Source: Pseudomonadota bacterium (GTDB taxonomy: Bacteria; Pseudomonadota; Alphaproteobacteria; Rhizobiales; Xanthobacteraceae). From it: a stretch of DNA of 53,645 bases. Below, one piece after another: positions 19,979 through 28,590 of this stretch. The notes below the pieces were generated by a model. The model saw nothing but the letters and a program-made list of their open reading frames with translations. It made no database searches and was not told the origin of the DNA. The stretch lies in assembly GCA_023390955.1 (NCBI GenBank), contig JAEWBW010000123.1:1-53645 (forward strand). The letters run 5' to 3'. The translations under genes were made by a program, and so were the position numbers. Every line of letters starts with the position of its first letter. The first letter of the stretch is position 1.

Positions 19979-20971
19979 ATGCCTTTCGTGTCGCGTCGAC
20001 GATTTCTCGCTAATTCCGCCTGCGCGGGTGCGCTCGCCGCAATGTCCCGCCGGAGCCGCGCCGCCGATTATCCGTCGCGCCCGATCCGGCTGGTGATCCC
20101 CTACACAGCCGGCGCTTCGGGCGACCAGATCGGCCGTCCCTGGGCCGAAAGCATGATGTCCAGGCTCGGACAGGTTTTCGTCGAGAACATCAGCGGCGCC
20201 GGCGGCGCGATCGGCACGGCCGCGGTCGCCCGCGACGAGCCTGACGGCCATTCGCTCCTGCTCGGCAATGGCAGCACCCAGGTCATCGTGCCCCTGACCT
20301 CGGGGCAGCTCGACTACACCATGAACGATTTCCGCGCGATCTATCGCCTCATCAGTAGCGCGCTCGTGTTCGCGGTCCATCCGTCATTGCCCGTGAACAG
20401 CCTGCAGGAACTGGTCGCCTATGGCAAAGCCAATCCGGGCAAGCTGTCCTACGGCACGCCCGGCGTCGGCACCGGCAATCACCTCGTCGGCGAGATGTTC
20501 AAGCAACAGGCGGGCCTCGTTGATGTCGTGCACGTCCCGTATCGGGGCATGGCGAGGGCGACCAACGATCTCGTCATCGGCGAGATCCCGCTGATGATCG
20601 CGGTGATGTCGGTCCAGTTGCAGGAGCTGAGCCGCGCCGGAAAGATCAAGCTGCTCGCCGTCACCACCGAGCGGCGGCTCAGCGCCGCGCCGGAGATCCC
20701 CACCGCGGTTGAATCGGGCATGCCGGGCATTCGCTATGAAGGCTGGTTCGGCCTGTTCGCCCCGAAGAAGACCAGCGATGCCGTCGTCGCCCGCATCGCG
20801 CAGGCGACGCGCGAGGCGATGGCCGATCCGGATTTCCAGGCCGGCTACCGCTCGCAGGGCATGGAGCCCGACAGCGAGTCCAGTCCCGAGCAATTCCAGC
20901 GCATCGTCGAGGCGACCTCGGCGAGCCTTGCGCCTGTTATCTCGGCGATCGGCCTCAAGCAGCAGCAGTGA
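19979..20971 (+). CDS. Bug/TctC tripartite tricarboxylate transporter substrate-binding protein
   Basis: Tat-like SRRRFL; YPSRPIRLVIPY, ENISGAGGAIG, HVPYRG, PEIPT motifs. Confidence 0.92.
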   Translation: MPFVSRRRFLANSACAGALAAMSRRSRAADYPSRPIRLVIPYTAGASGDQIGRPWAESMMSRLGQVFVENISGAGGAIGTAAVARDEPDGHSLLLGNGSTQVIVPLTSGQLDYTMNDFRAIYRLISSALVFAVHPSLPVNSLQELVAYGKANPGKLSYGTPGVGTGNHLVGEMFKQQAGLVDVVHVPYRGMARATNDLVIGEIPLMIAVMSVQLQELSRAGKIKLLAVTTERRLSAAPEIPTAVESGMPGIRYEGWFGLFAPKKTSDAVVARIAQATREAMADPDFQAGYRSQGMEPDSESSPEQFQRIVEATSASLAPVISAIGLKQQQ

Positions 20972-20990
20972 GCGAAGGAACAGTCACGCC

Positions 20991-21575
20991 ATGAAGACCA
21001 CGCTGCTCAATCCAGAAAACTACGCCCGTTCACCGTGGAAGAACGGCGGCGGCGTCTTCACCGATATCGCGGATGCCCATCGCGCCGATGCAGTGGAGAA
21101 GAACTGGGACAGCATGATCTGGCGCTTCGCCGCAACGCCGATCGTGACCCCGGGCCCGTTCTCGCACATGCCCGGCATCGACCGTCTGCAGATGGTGGTT
21201 GGCGGCCGCGGCCTGGTGCTGAAGGCGCCCGGCGAAATGTTCGACGAGCGCGAGCCGTTCAATACCGTGCGCTTCACCGGCGAACACGCGGTGGTGACCG
21301 AGCTCGAGGCCGGTCCGGTCGAGGTCGTCAATTTGATGGCGCGGCGCGGAGCGGCCGAGATCGAGATGGAAGCGATCAATTCGCCGGGCGAGCGTCAGCT
21401 CGCCGCGGGCACGCATCTCGTCTACGCGGCCTGTGGCGGCTGCAGCGTTCGCATCGGTGACGAGGAATTAGCGCTCGTCGATCTCGCCACGCTGAAGATC
21501 GAGCTGCGCGACGCGGCGAAGCTGACGCTGGTGTCGGGGATGGCCGTGCTCGGGTCGATCCATGTGATCGGCTGA
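20991..21575 (+). CDS. HutD/Ves family protein
   Basis: PWKNGGG, WR...GPFS..PGIDR motifs; ATG 20991. Confidence 0.85.
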   Translation: MKTTLLNPENYARSPWKNGGGVFTDIADAHRADAVEKNWDSMIWRFAATPIVTPGPFSHMPGIDRLQMVVGGRGLVLKAPGEMFDEREPFNTVRFTGEHAVVTELEAGPVEVVNLMARRGAAEIEMEAINSPGERQLAAGTHLVYAACGGCSVRIGDEELALVDLATLKIELRDAAKLTLVSGMAVLGSIHVIG

Positions 21576-21672
21576 GCTGCGCACAACCGGCCGGAGCGCG
21601 GTTGCCAAGGCAGCAATGTCTGACTACGCTTCGCCGCACGCCTCAAATGTGCTGTCGATCGGCCGCGTGCTC

Positions 21673-22467
21673 ATGCCAAATTTTCTTCGCATCGGAATCC
21701 TTCAGTCCAACGTATCCGGCTACACGTCGAAGGCGTGGTGCGTCAGGCGTGTCGGCACGGCGATCTTCCTGAAATGGGGCGCCGTCGAGGTTGTCGGCGC
21801 CGGAACCGGACGCAAGGTCTACTGGACGCGCCTGCCGCAGGAGAAGACCATCCGTTGCAAGACGGTGCAGCGCGCCCAGGATTATGCCAAGGCCGCGATC
21901 GCGCGGCGGCGCAACCATCGTTACGAGCCGCTGACCGGAGCGATCGCAGCCAAGCGCCGCTCGCCCGTTCGTGACGCCGCGCTCAAGCAGGCGCTCGCCA
22001 CTATCCTGATCGTCGACATCGTCCGCTCCACGGAGAAGGCGGCAAAGTTAGGGGATGCCCGCTGGACCAAGGTGATGGGCCATTACTACGCCGCGGTCCG
22101 GAAAGAATTGAAGACCGCGCGCGGCAGGGAAGTCGTGACCACCGGCGACGGCGTGCTGGCGACCTTCAAGGCCCCGGCCGCGGGGATTGCCTGCGCGAGC
22201 GCGATCCAGAAGGCCGTGCGCACACTGGGCCTCGAGATCAGGGTCGGCCTCCACACCGGCGAGTACACCATGAGCGGCGGCGAGATGGTCGGCCTCGCCT
22301 TCCACATCGGCACCCGCGTCGCGGCAAAAGCGCGAGCAGGGGAGGTGCTGGTGTCGAGCGCGGTGAAGGATCTGATGCCGCGCTCGCAGGTGCGGTTCGC
22401 CGATCACGGCAGCCACCAGCTCAAAGGCGTGCCGGAGCGGTGGAGGTTGTGGCGGGTGGAAGGGTAG
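21673..22467 (+). CDS. Class III adenylate/guanylate cyclase domain protein with basic N-terminal domain (start could be 21616)
   Basis: ATILIVDIVRST, TGDGVLATF, IRVGLHTGE, GEVLVS, LKGVPERWRLW. Confidence 0.85.
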   Translation: MPNFLRIGILQSNVSGYTSKAWCVRRVGTAIFLKWGAVEVVGAGTGRKVYWTRLPQEKTIRCKTVQRAQDYAKAAIARRRNHRYEPLTGAIAAKRRSPVRDAALKQALATILIVDIVRSTEKAAKLGDARWTKVMGHYYAAVRKELKTARGREVVTTGDGVLATFKAPAAGIACASAIQKAVRTLGLEIRVGLHTGEYTMSGGEMVGLAFHIGTRVAAKARAGEVLVSSAVKDLMPRSQVRFADHGSHQLKGVPERWRLWRVEG

Positions 22468-22622
22468 GGCACTCGCGAAAGCGGCGCTCGAGTGCGGTGG
22501 TCTGCCGACTATTTCCTTGCGCTTGTACCGCGCCACTGGCCGTTGTCGGCGCCCCGCGATAGCCACTGAGCCACGCGCCCCGCCACAGTCGCCGGAGAGC
22601 GCGGTTGCGCCGCTGCAACGCG

Positions 22623-23090
22623 TTACTTCGGCCAGCGATCTCCTTCGAACTTCCAGCCGAGATAAGTCAAAACCTCGCTCGCCTTTGTCGCGCAGATCTT
22701 CCCCGTTTTGCCTGGAGCGACCGTTTCGGAAAGCTTTGTTTTTCCCGTTGCTGATGATGAAACCCTGAAATCGATCTTCACAGTGCATTTGTTGGCGAGC
22801 AGAATGCATTGAGCCTCCTGGCCAAATCCAACCCTATCGTGCTTCGACGATATGATGGTGCCACACGGGCCAGTGTCGAGTTGGATCTCCTTGCCTGATT
22901 GAGCGGGTGAAGCGCCTGGCTTGGTCGACATGACTTGCGCAACACCCGCCTCGGATAAGACGCAGCAGCAGGCCAACGCCGCCCATGCCAGCAACGTCAG
23001 TACGGTCGTGACGGGAGGCCGGACCTCCCGGGCGGGTGCTGCCATCTGGATGGCTACAGGTGTCACCGGAAGGTTGGCTAGATCGTTCAT
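22623..23090 (-). CDS. Hypothetical exported Cys-containing protein; start uncertain
   Basis: Hydrophobic stretch VLTLLAWAALACCCVL then a beta-rich domain with 4 Cys; no family recognised. Confidence 0.5.
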   Translation of the reverse strand: MNDLANLPVTPVAIQMAAPAREVRPPVTTVLTLLAWAALACCCVLSEAGVAQVMSTKPGASPAQSGKEIQLDTGPCGTIISSKHDRVGFGQEAQCILLANKCTVKIDFRVSSSATGKTKLSETVAPGKTGKICATKASEVLTYLGWKFEGDRWPK

Positions 23091-23122
23091 TGAACAGCCC
23101 TCGCAATGCCCGAATGAAAACA

Positions 23123-23155
23123 TGAAGCCGGCCCCGTCAGCGGGTACCGGCTTCA
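23123..23155. terminator. Hairpin just downstream of the 23175-24008 gene, possible intrinsic terminator
   Basis: TGAAGCCGG...CCGGCTTCA inverted repeat. Confidence 0.45.
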
Positions 23156-23174
23156 ATTTTCGGAACGCCGGACG

Positions 23175-24008
23175 CTAGTCTTCAACGTTGAATACGAACT
23201 CGTCGTTGTAGACATAGCGCGGGTAGAAATCTTCCTGCTTGCTGGAGCTGCAGGACGTCGTGGCGTCGATCTTGAACGATTTGTCCTCGACGCAGAACCT
23301 GCGCGGATTTCGGCCGTTCTCGTAAGTGCGCTTGCCGCCATTATCGACGTGGAAATAGAAGTTTCCAGTGACGTAGTTGCCGATGTCCCGGCAGGCGAAG
23401 GGCTTTACAATGAACCAACCCTCCGTCGTGTAGCCGGTGTCCGATCGTCGCGACACCGCCGAGGTGACCGCCACGTTCAGGCTGTTCTTAGTCTTGTTGC
23501 AAACCCTGAACGTGAACGTCTCGATGGTTGGGGCACGATTGGGCGTGGTGGAGGGGGGCGCGGGGCGGGAGCGGTTCGACGGCCTGGCGTCGTCATCGTC
23601 GCTGTCGGGACGGCTCGGCGTGGTGCCGCCGCTGCCTCCACCGCCGCAAGTACGGATCGCACATTCCGCCGCGAAATACATTTCGCCTGCGCCGGTGCTG
23701 GCGCCGTTCGGCCGGTAGCTCTGGTTCACGACCGGGTCGTTGACGCTGTCGTCGCGCCCGGCAGTCACGTAGCCGCGCAAACGTTTGCGGGCCGTAAGCG
23801 TGCGGCTTCTGGCGTCCTGCATGGTCGCGGCGCTGCACGAGGCCGTCGCCTTGTCAAACCACTCCGTCATGGGCGCATATTTGTCGTCGATCGCGTCGTA
23901 AATTGCGCAGGCATTGCCCTTGTAGGGCGCATAGGTCGATACGTCCTGAGCGGCGCAAGGGGCCGCAGTCAGCAGCACCAGCGCCAGGGCTGGACCAAGC
24001 ACTTTCAT
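23175..24008 (-). CDS. Secreted protein with C-terminal DUF1036-like domain
   Basis: Signal peptide; Gly/Pro/Asp linker; FRVCNKT...VAV...TEGWFIVKPFACR...FCV pattern. Confidence 0.7.
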   Translation of the reverse strand: MKVLGPALALVLLTAAPCAAQDVSTYAPYKGNACAIYDAIDDKYAPMTEWFDKATASCSAATMQDARSRTLTARKRLRGYVTAGRDDSVNDPVVNQSYRPNGASTGAGEMYFAAECAIRTCGGGGSGGTTPSRPDSDDDDARPSNRSRPAPPSTTPNRAPTIETFTFRVCNKTKNSLNVAVTSAVSRRSDTGYTTEGWFIVKPFACRDIGNYVTGNFYFHVDNGGKRTYENGRNPRRFCVEDKSFKIDATTSCSSSKQEDFYPRYVYNDEFVFNVED

Positions 24009-24173
24009 TTAATGGAACTCCACGGACGGGATGAAAAGCGAGCGAGAAAAGAGGTTGTCGTTATTGAGGAAGGTCAGAATATTCGTGGTAGGTGGGTCAC
24101 TGCAAATAGCAGAAACGAGGGCATCTGTTGAAGATGCCAAGGCCGGAAATCAAGGCAGTTTGGTACTCATCGC

Positions 24174-24208
24174 TGGTGCCCCGGCAGGACTCATTGCGCT
24201 ACAGGCCC
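24174..24208 (-). pseudogene. Internally deleted tRNA remnant (tRNA-Ile2/CAT-like)
   Basis: Minus strand reads GGGCCTGTAGCGCAAT-GAGTCCTGCCGGGGCACCA: tRNA 5' acceptor/D start joined directly to 3' T-arm half, acceptor strand and CCA. Confidence 0.65.
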
Positions 24209-24302
24209 GGCCGCGGGCCGGTGGCGAGCTACGCGGCCGGCGACGGTGCGTGGTTCGCAGGGCCTGAGGGGGAGTGCGACGAGCTAGGTTGCGGGCTCGA
24301 AC

Positions 24303-24431
24303 TCACCGCACTCCCGTGCCCTTGCAGCGCTGGCACTTCACCACCTTGTCGCCCTTCTTGAGCAGGCCTTTGCCTTCACAGTTCTTGCATTTCTGCTTCT
24401 TCTTGATGTTCGGGCCTTTTTCACTGGCCAT
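24303..24431 (-). CDS. 42-aa basic zinc-finger protein with two CxxCxGxG motifs (below ORF track cutoff)
   Basis: MASEKGPNIKKKQKCKNCEGKGLLKKGDKVVKCQRCKGTGVR*; RBS AGGAG upstream. Confidence 0.8.
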   Translation of the reverse strand: MASEKGPNIKKKQKCKNCEGKGLLKKGDKVVKCQRCKGTGVR

Positions 24432-24515
24432 GAAAATCTCCTGCTGTGAGAGGCGGGGTCGATGAATGTATGTACCGCGTGGCCTGCCGACCGTTAGCCT
24501 GCGGTCCTCCAGCTC

Positions 24516-26165
24516 CTATTTTGCGCTCGCGAAAACATCCGCTGCGTAGACGACCTTGCCGCCCACGACCGTCAGCAGCGACGCCGTGGCGCCGATTTGT
24601 TCGACAGGGACGGACATGAAATCCCGGTCGAGAATGGCGAAGTCGGCGAGCTTGCCGGCCTCTAACGTGCCGCGCCGCGTCTCGTCGAAGCAGAACCAGG
24701 CGCTTCCGACCGTGTACAGCCGCAAGGCTTCTTCGCGGCTGGGTGTTTCGTCCGGGCCGCGTGTCGACAGTCCGCCGACGGTCTTGCCGTCGAGCATCCA
24801 TTGCAGCGCAACGAACGGATTGTAGGAGGCGACCCGATGCGCGTCCGTGCCGGCCCCGACATGGACACCCGTGCGCAACGCCGTGACGAGGGGCGGCATC
24901 TTGCGCGCGGCTTCGCCGGCCTGCGCCACGATGCGATCGCCTCCGAGATACATGGCGTCCTGCATGGTCCAGCCGATCCCGAGGGCCTTCATCCTGGCCA
25001 GCGTTTCGGGTGAGGCGTTATCGAGATGGGCGATGGACCAGCGCAGCGGCGCGATCGGCGTCTCCTTGTTGACCTCTTCATAGAGATCGAGGAGCTGATG
25101 GGCGGATTTGTCTTCCTGCCAGTGGATGGTGACCGTCAGCCCTTGCTTGGCTGCCCAGCGAACGATCTCCAGAAATTTCTGCTTGGCGGCCGCGTCGGGC
25201 GCGTTGTTGTTGTACATGCCGCCGGTGATCCGTTCGCCGATGCCATTGAATTTCAGCATGTCGTCGCCGAATCCCATCGGCAGGAACGGCGTGAGAGACT
25301 TGTACTCCTCGAACTCCGCGCCAATGTTCTGGGCGAAGATGCTGTAGGCGACCCGCACCGAAAGAGATTTCTCGCGCCACAGCTTTTGCAGGGCAGCGTA
25401 GTGGCCGGGATAGATGCTGAAGCCGCCGGGATCGACGAGGCCGGTGATACCGAGACGGTTCAGCTCGGTGAAAAACTGCCTTGTGCCGGCGACGTTATCA
25501 TCGAAATTCGGCCGCGGCAGACGATCGAACAGCTTGGAGATGCTGACGATGCTGCCGTTGAACCAGCCGGTGGCTTCGCCCGACGCGGCGCGTTCGGCGG
25601 TGAAGCCGTCCGGCAACTGATCCGCGGAGATCCCAAGGGCCTGCTGCGCCTTCGGCGTGATGAGCACGGCCGAATAGAACAGCTGGATCCAGGCCGGATT
25701 GTCCGGAACGGCGGCCATCACCTCGGCGAGGGTCGGCCGCCGCTTCTCCGCAAATTGCAATTCGCTCCAGCCGCCGGCCACGATGATCCAGGACGCCGGG
25801 CGCGCCTTTGCCGCCTGGCGCAGGCGCTCCATCGCCTCGGGAATCGTTTTGGCGCCGATCCAGTTGACCTCGGTTGCGTAAGTGAGGCCGGCGCGCACGG
25901 CGTGAATATGGGAATCGATCAAGCCCGGAATGATCGTGCGTCCGCCTGCATCGACCCGGCGCGTCGCGGGCCCGACCAGGCCCTCCATGGCATCGTTGCC
26001 GCCGACGCCAACGATCTTGCCTTCGCGGACTGCTATCGCCTGCGCGATCGTCGATGCGCCATCCAGCGTCACGATCTTCGCGTTCGTGACAATGAGGTCG
26101 GCCTTTTGTGCGTAAGCCGAAGACGCCCAGCACGAGATCACCAAAATCGCCAGAAGCTTGCGCAT
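24516..26165 (-). CDS. Amidohydrolase family 3 (YtcJ-like) protein, secreted
   Basis: Signal peptide MRKLLAIL...AYA; IIPGLIDSHIH, WSIAH, GTD, GTLEAGKLADFAILD, TVVGGKVVY. Confidence 0.9.
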   Translation of the reverse strand: MRKLLAILVISCWASSAYAQKADLIVTNAKIVTLDGASTIAQAIAVREGKIVGVGGNDAMEGLVGPATRRVDAGGRTIIPGLIDSHIHAVRAGLTYATEVNWIGAKTIPEAMERLRQAAKARPASWIIVAGGWSELQFAEKRRPTLAEVMAAVPDNPAWIQLFYSAVLITPKAQQALGISADQLPDGFTAERAASGEATGWFNGSIVSISKLFDRLPRPNFDDNVAGTRQFFTELNRLGITGLVDPGGFSIYPGHYAALQKLWREKSLSVRVAYSIFAQNIGAEFEEYKSLTPFLPMGFGDDMLKFNGIGERITGGMYNNNAPDAAAKQKFLEIVRWAAKQGLTVTIHWQEDKSAHQLLDLYEEVNKETPIAPLRWSIAHLDNASPETLARMKALGIGWTMQDAMYLGGDRIVAQAGEAARKMPPLVTALRTGVHVGAGTDAHRVASYNPFVALQWMLDGKTVGGLSTRGPDETPSREEALRLYTVGSAWFCFDETRRGTLEAGKLADFAILDRDFMSVPVEQIGATASLLTVVGGKVVYAADVFASAK

Positions 26166-26369
26166 ATTCAGTCCCGGAATGAGAGAGGCAGGAACAGGAG
26201 AGACAGGTAGAAGCAGCGCCGCACATCCGCCGCTGGATGCGCCCGCGGACATCGCGTGTCCGCAGCGGGCGTGCCGCGATCTCGATCATGGCTCAAATGG
26301 AATCAGCCAGTCCACCGGAAAATCTGGCTGTGGTTGCAGGTATTGATTTGGAGCCGGTCTATGCGCGTT

Positions 26370-26473
26370 GGGCTTCGGCAGAGTCCGTCTTCGCTTTCGC
26401 TGCGCTCCAGCTACGCCGGACACCACGCTTCGTCCTTCGTTCTCCGCATGGCTGCGCCACGCGTAGCCCGAAG
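26370..26473. repeat. Palindromic intergenic element truncated by the transposon end
   Basis: Arm CACCACGCTTCGTCCTTCG (26421-26439) has only the first 5 nt (CGAAG, 26469-26473) of its complement before the TGT end; resembles repeats I recall flanking rhizobial tRNAs. Confidence 0.55.
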
Positions 26474-26599
26474 TGTGAGGCCACTTTGAAAACGACTCGG
26501 CTATCCCTTTGATTTTCCACGACCCCGCATTTTGAAAACGACTCGATTTTGACTTTAAGAACGACTCGATCACCCCGTTTTCGCTTTGAAAACGACTCG
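26474..26599 (+). repeat. Tn7-family transposon end: terminal TGT plus four putative TnsB-binding sites
   Basis: TGT at 26474; TTTGAAAACGACTCG at 26485, 26531, 26585 and TTTAAGAACGACTCG at 26554. Confidence 0.88.
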
Positions 26600-26809
26600 A
26601 TGTTGTAAGCTGCTGAAAAGGCGTTGCTATTTCTTCTTATTTTTTCGCGAAAGCGGGGCCATTTCGGTTGTTTTTTAGCGTCGTTTCCTGCGAGCGGGCC
26701 GCAGTGCACGGCCTGCTCGCAGGTCGCTAGTAGCAATTGCTGCGTGTTGCAAAGTTTGCGGATTTGGACTCGATGAGACCCAGGTGAAACCTACGGCGGT
26801 TAAAAGATC

Positions 26810-27167
26810 CTGACTGAAACCAAGGAGCAAGTCATCACACCCCGCGGTACCGAATTCGCCGCCTTCGTTCTCGACCTCATGGACTTCATAGAGGAGAAGG
26901 TCGGTGAGGCCCTACACGACTAGTCCGTGCGAGCCGCGCCATCAGCGAGGCCGCCGGCGCCGTCCCGGTGCTGCGGGACCGGCTACGTGAGAACGACGTT
27001 GTGAATGCGAATTTCATCCTCGTTCTCGGCAACATGGTCGAGGCACGGTGCGCGGAGGACTGGTGGGACGACTTCGGCAGGCTGGATCGGCATAAGTTCG
27101 AGACGCCGCTCAAAATCTCGTCGGGCCGGAAGGGCGCTTGGCCATCTTGCGCAATGTCGTGGTGTAG
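26810..27167 (+). pseudogene. Disrupted hypothetical gene
   Basis: TETKEQVITPRGTEFAAFVLDLMDFIEEKVGEALHD* then continues after an in-frame TAG and frameshifts as ISEAAGAVPVLRDRLRENDVVNANFILV... Confidence 0.45.
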
Positions 27168-27217
27168 TCGGGCGTCCCAATCCGCTTTTCTGGTCGCTGG
27201 CACCGAGCGCCGTGTAG

Positions 27218-28186
27218 TTAACGGGCCCTGCCGATCATCAGCAAGATGCCGCCGATCTGCGGCAACAGCGCCAGTAGCATCAGGCGCAGCAGAGCGAAAC
27301 CATCGGCCTGCAGTTTGATTGTTCCCGCAGTGAGCCAGGTTAACACCCTAACGGCTGCGTCGCTTTGCGGGTCTGCTGCGTGTTCAACCGTACTCAACGC
27401 AGCATCGAGCGCGCGCTGTCGGTCCGTCACGGTTTGCTCGCGCTCGCGACAGAAGCGGCCGATTCCGCCGGCGCATTCCCGGTTACGTGACGCTACGGCG
27501 TCACGTAACGCGTCGTGCGCCATCGTTACTGCGGGGGTGACACGTGACGCTCTGGCCAGGGTGACGTCGGCGATGTTGACGGCAGCGAACCCGATGCCGG
27601 AGGTAACGGCGAACACGAAGGTCATGGACCATACCAGCCAAGCCACCGTGGCGGTGGCCCGCTGACGTGAGTGCCAAAGCCGGACCGCGGCGGGCGGTAT
27701 GAAGAGTGCGACGAGGTCGCTCGCGATGCCGATCGCGAGGAAAAGCCAACCGGCCAGATCGGTCGAGCCCAGCGTCCGGCCGAACCAGCCGTTCATCGTG
27801 AGACCGACGCCAGCGAGCGCGAGAGCTGCCGCCGTCAAACCGTACGAGCTGATCGGCCGCACCGTCACCTCGCGGCACGGCTCCTTGGCGTCCGTGACAT
27901 TCGCGGTGAAAGGTAACGTGACGGGGAGGGTAACGGGCGCGACGGGTGTAACGGTGACGGGGGTGACGGGCGTAACGGCGAAGGGCGTGACGGTAACGGG
28001 CGTAGCGGTGACGTTGGGTGTGACGGCCGAAGCGACCGGCACACCCTTGAGCAGAACGGGCGGAGCAAGGGCAATCTGACGTTTTTGCCGCTCACGCTGC
28101 CGATAAGCGCGCTGTCGTTCGGCGCCGCTCTTCGGGCGCCGAACTTCGGGCGTCAGGATCGTTGATGCGCCAGTGTCGTCAGTCAT
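27218..28186 (-). CDS. Membrane protein with basic N-terminal helix and Val-Thr-Pro repeat linker
   Basis: RBS AGGAG then MTDDTGAST; AERQRAYRQRERQKRQ; VTP repeats; about 4 TM helices; CxxxxxxxC loop. Confidence 0.75.
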   Translation of the reverse strand: MTDDTGASTILTPEVRRPKSGAERQRAYRQRERQKRQIALAPPVLLKGVPVASAVTPNVTATPVTVTPFAVTPVTPVTVTPVAPVTLPVTLPFTANVTDAKEPCREVTVRPISSYGLTAAALALAGVGLTMNGWFGRTLGSTDLAGWLFLAIGIASDLVALFIPPAAVRLWHSRQRATATVAWLVWSMTFVFAVTSGIGFAAVNIADVTLARASRVTPAVTMAHDALRDAVASRNRECAGGIGRFCREREQTVTDRQRALDAALSTVEHAADPQSDAAVRVLTWLTAGTIKLQADGFALLRLMLLALLPQIGGILLMIGRAR

Positions 28187-28236
28187 CGGACGCGCTCCTA
28201 TCTCTCTAGCTAGACCGGATCGTTGCCGGTGAGGAC

Positions 28237-28569
28237 TTACCCGAACGGCTCCTGCGTGGCGTGCGCCGCCCACGAACCCGTGGGGTTGGCGCGGTCCAAC
28301 AGCTCGCGCGCGACGGCCCCCAGGCCGGCGGCCTGCAACACGGCCATCTGGAATGCGTCGCGAGCGGCGAATTCCTCCTCCGAGAGGTCGTCGTCGAGGA
28401 GGCTGAGGGGCGCTTCCAGATCGCGGCTCAGGAAGTCCCGCCAGTCGCGAAATCCGCACAGGCGGGCGGCGAGTTCGACGCAGGCGTAATGCTTGAACTC
28501 GACGCCCAGGCCACGCAGCACTTTGCGCAGCCTCTTCGCCAAGCCCTTCACGCGCTTCTCGGACATCAT
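28237..28569 (-). CDS. Small protein of the 'glyoxalase superfamily' N-terminal type common in mobile elements
   Basis: KGLAKRLRKVL...HYACVELAARLCGFRDW pattern. Confidence 0.55.
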   Translation of the reverse strand: MMSEKRVKGLAKRLRKVLRGLGVEFKHYACVELAARLCGFRDWRDFLSRDLEAPLSLLDDDLSEEEFAARDAFQMAVLQAAGLGAVARELLDRANPTGSWAAHATQEPFG

Positions 28570-28590
28570 GATGATCATCGTGTTCTCCTC

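Noticed and set aside
24174..24208. Functional tRNA gene
   Set aside because: Only 35 nt with no anticodon arm
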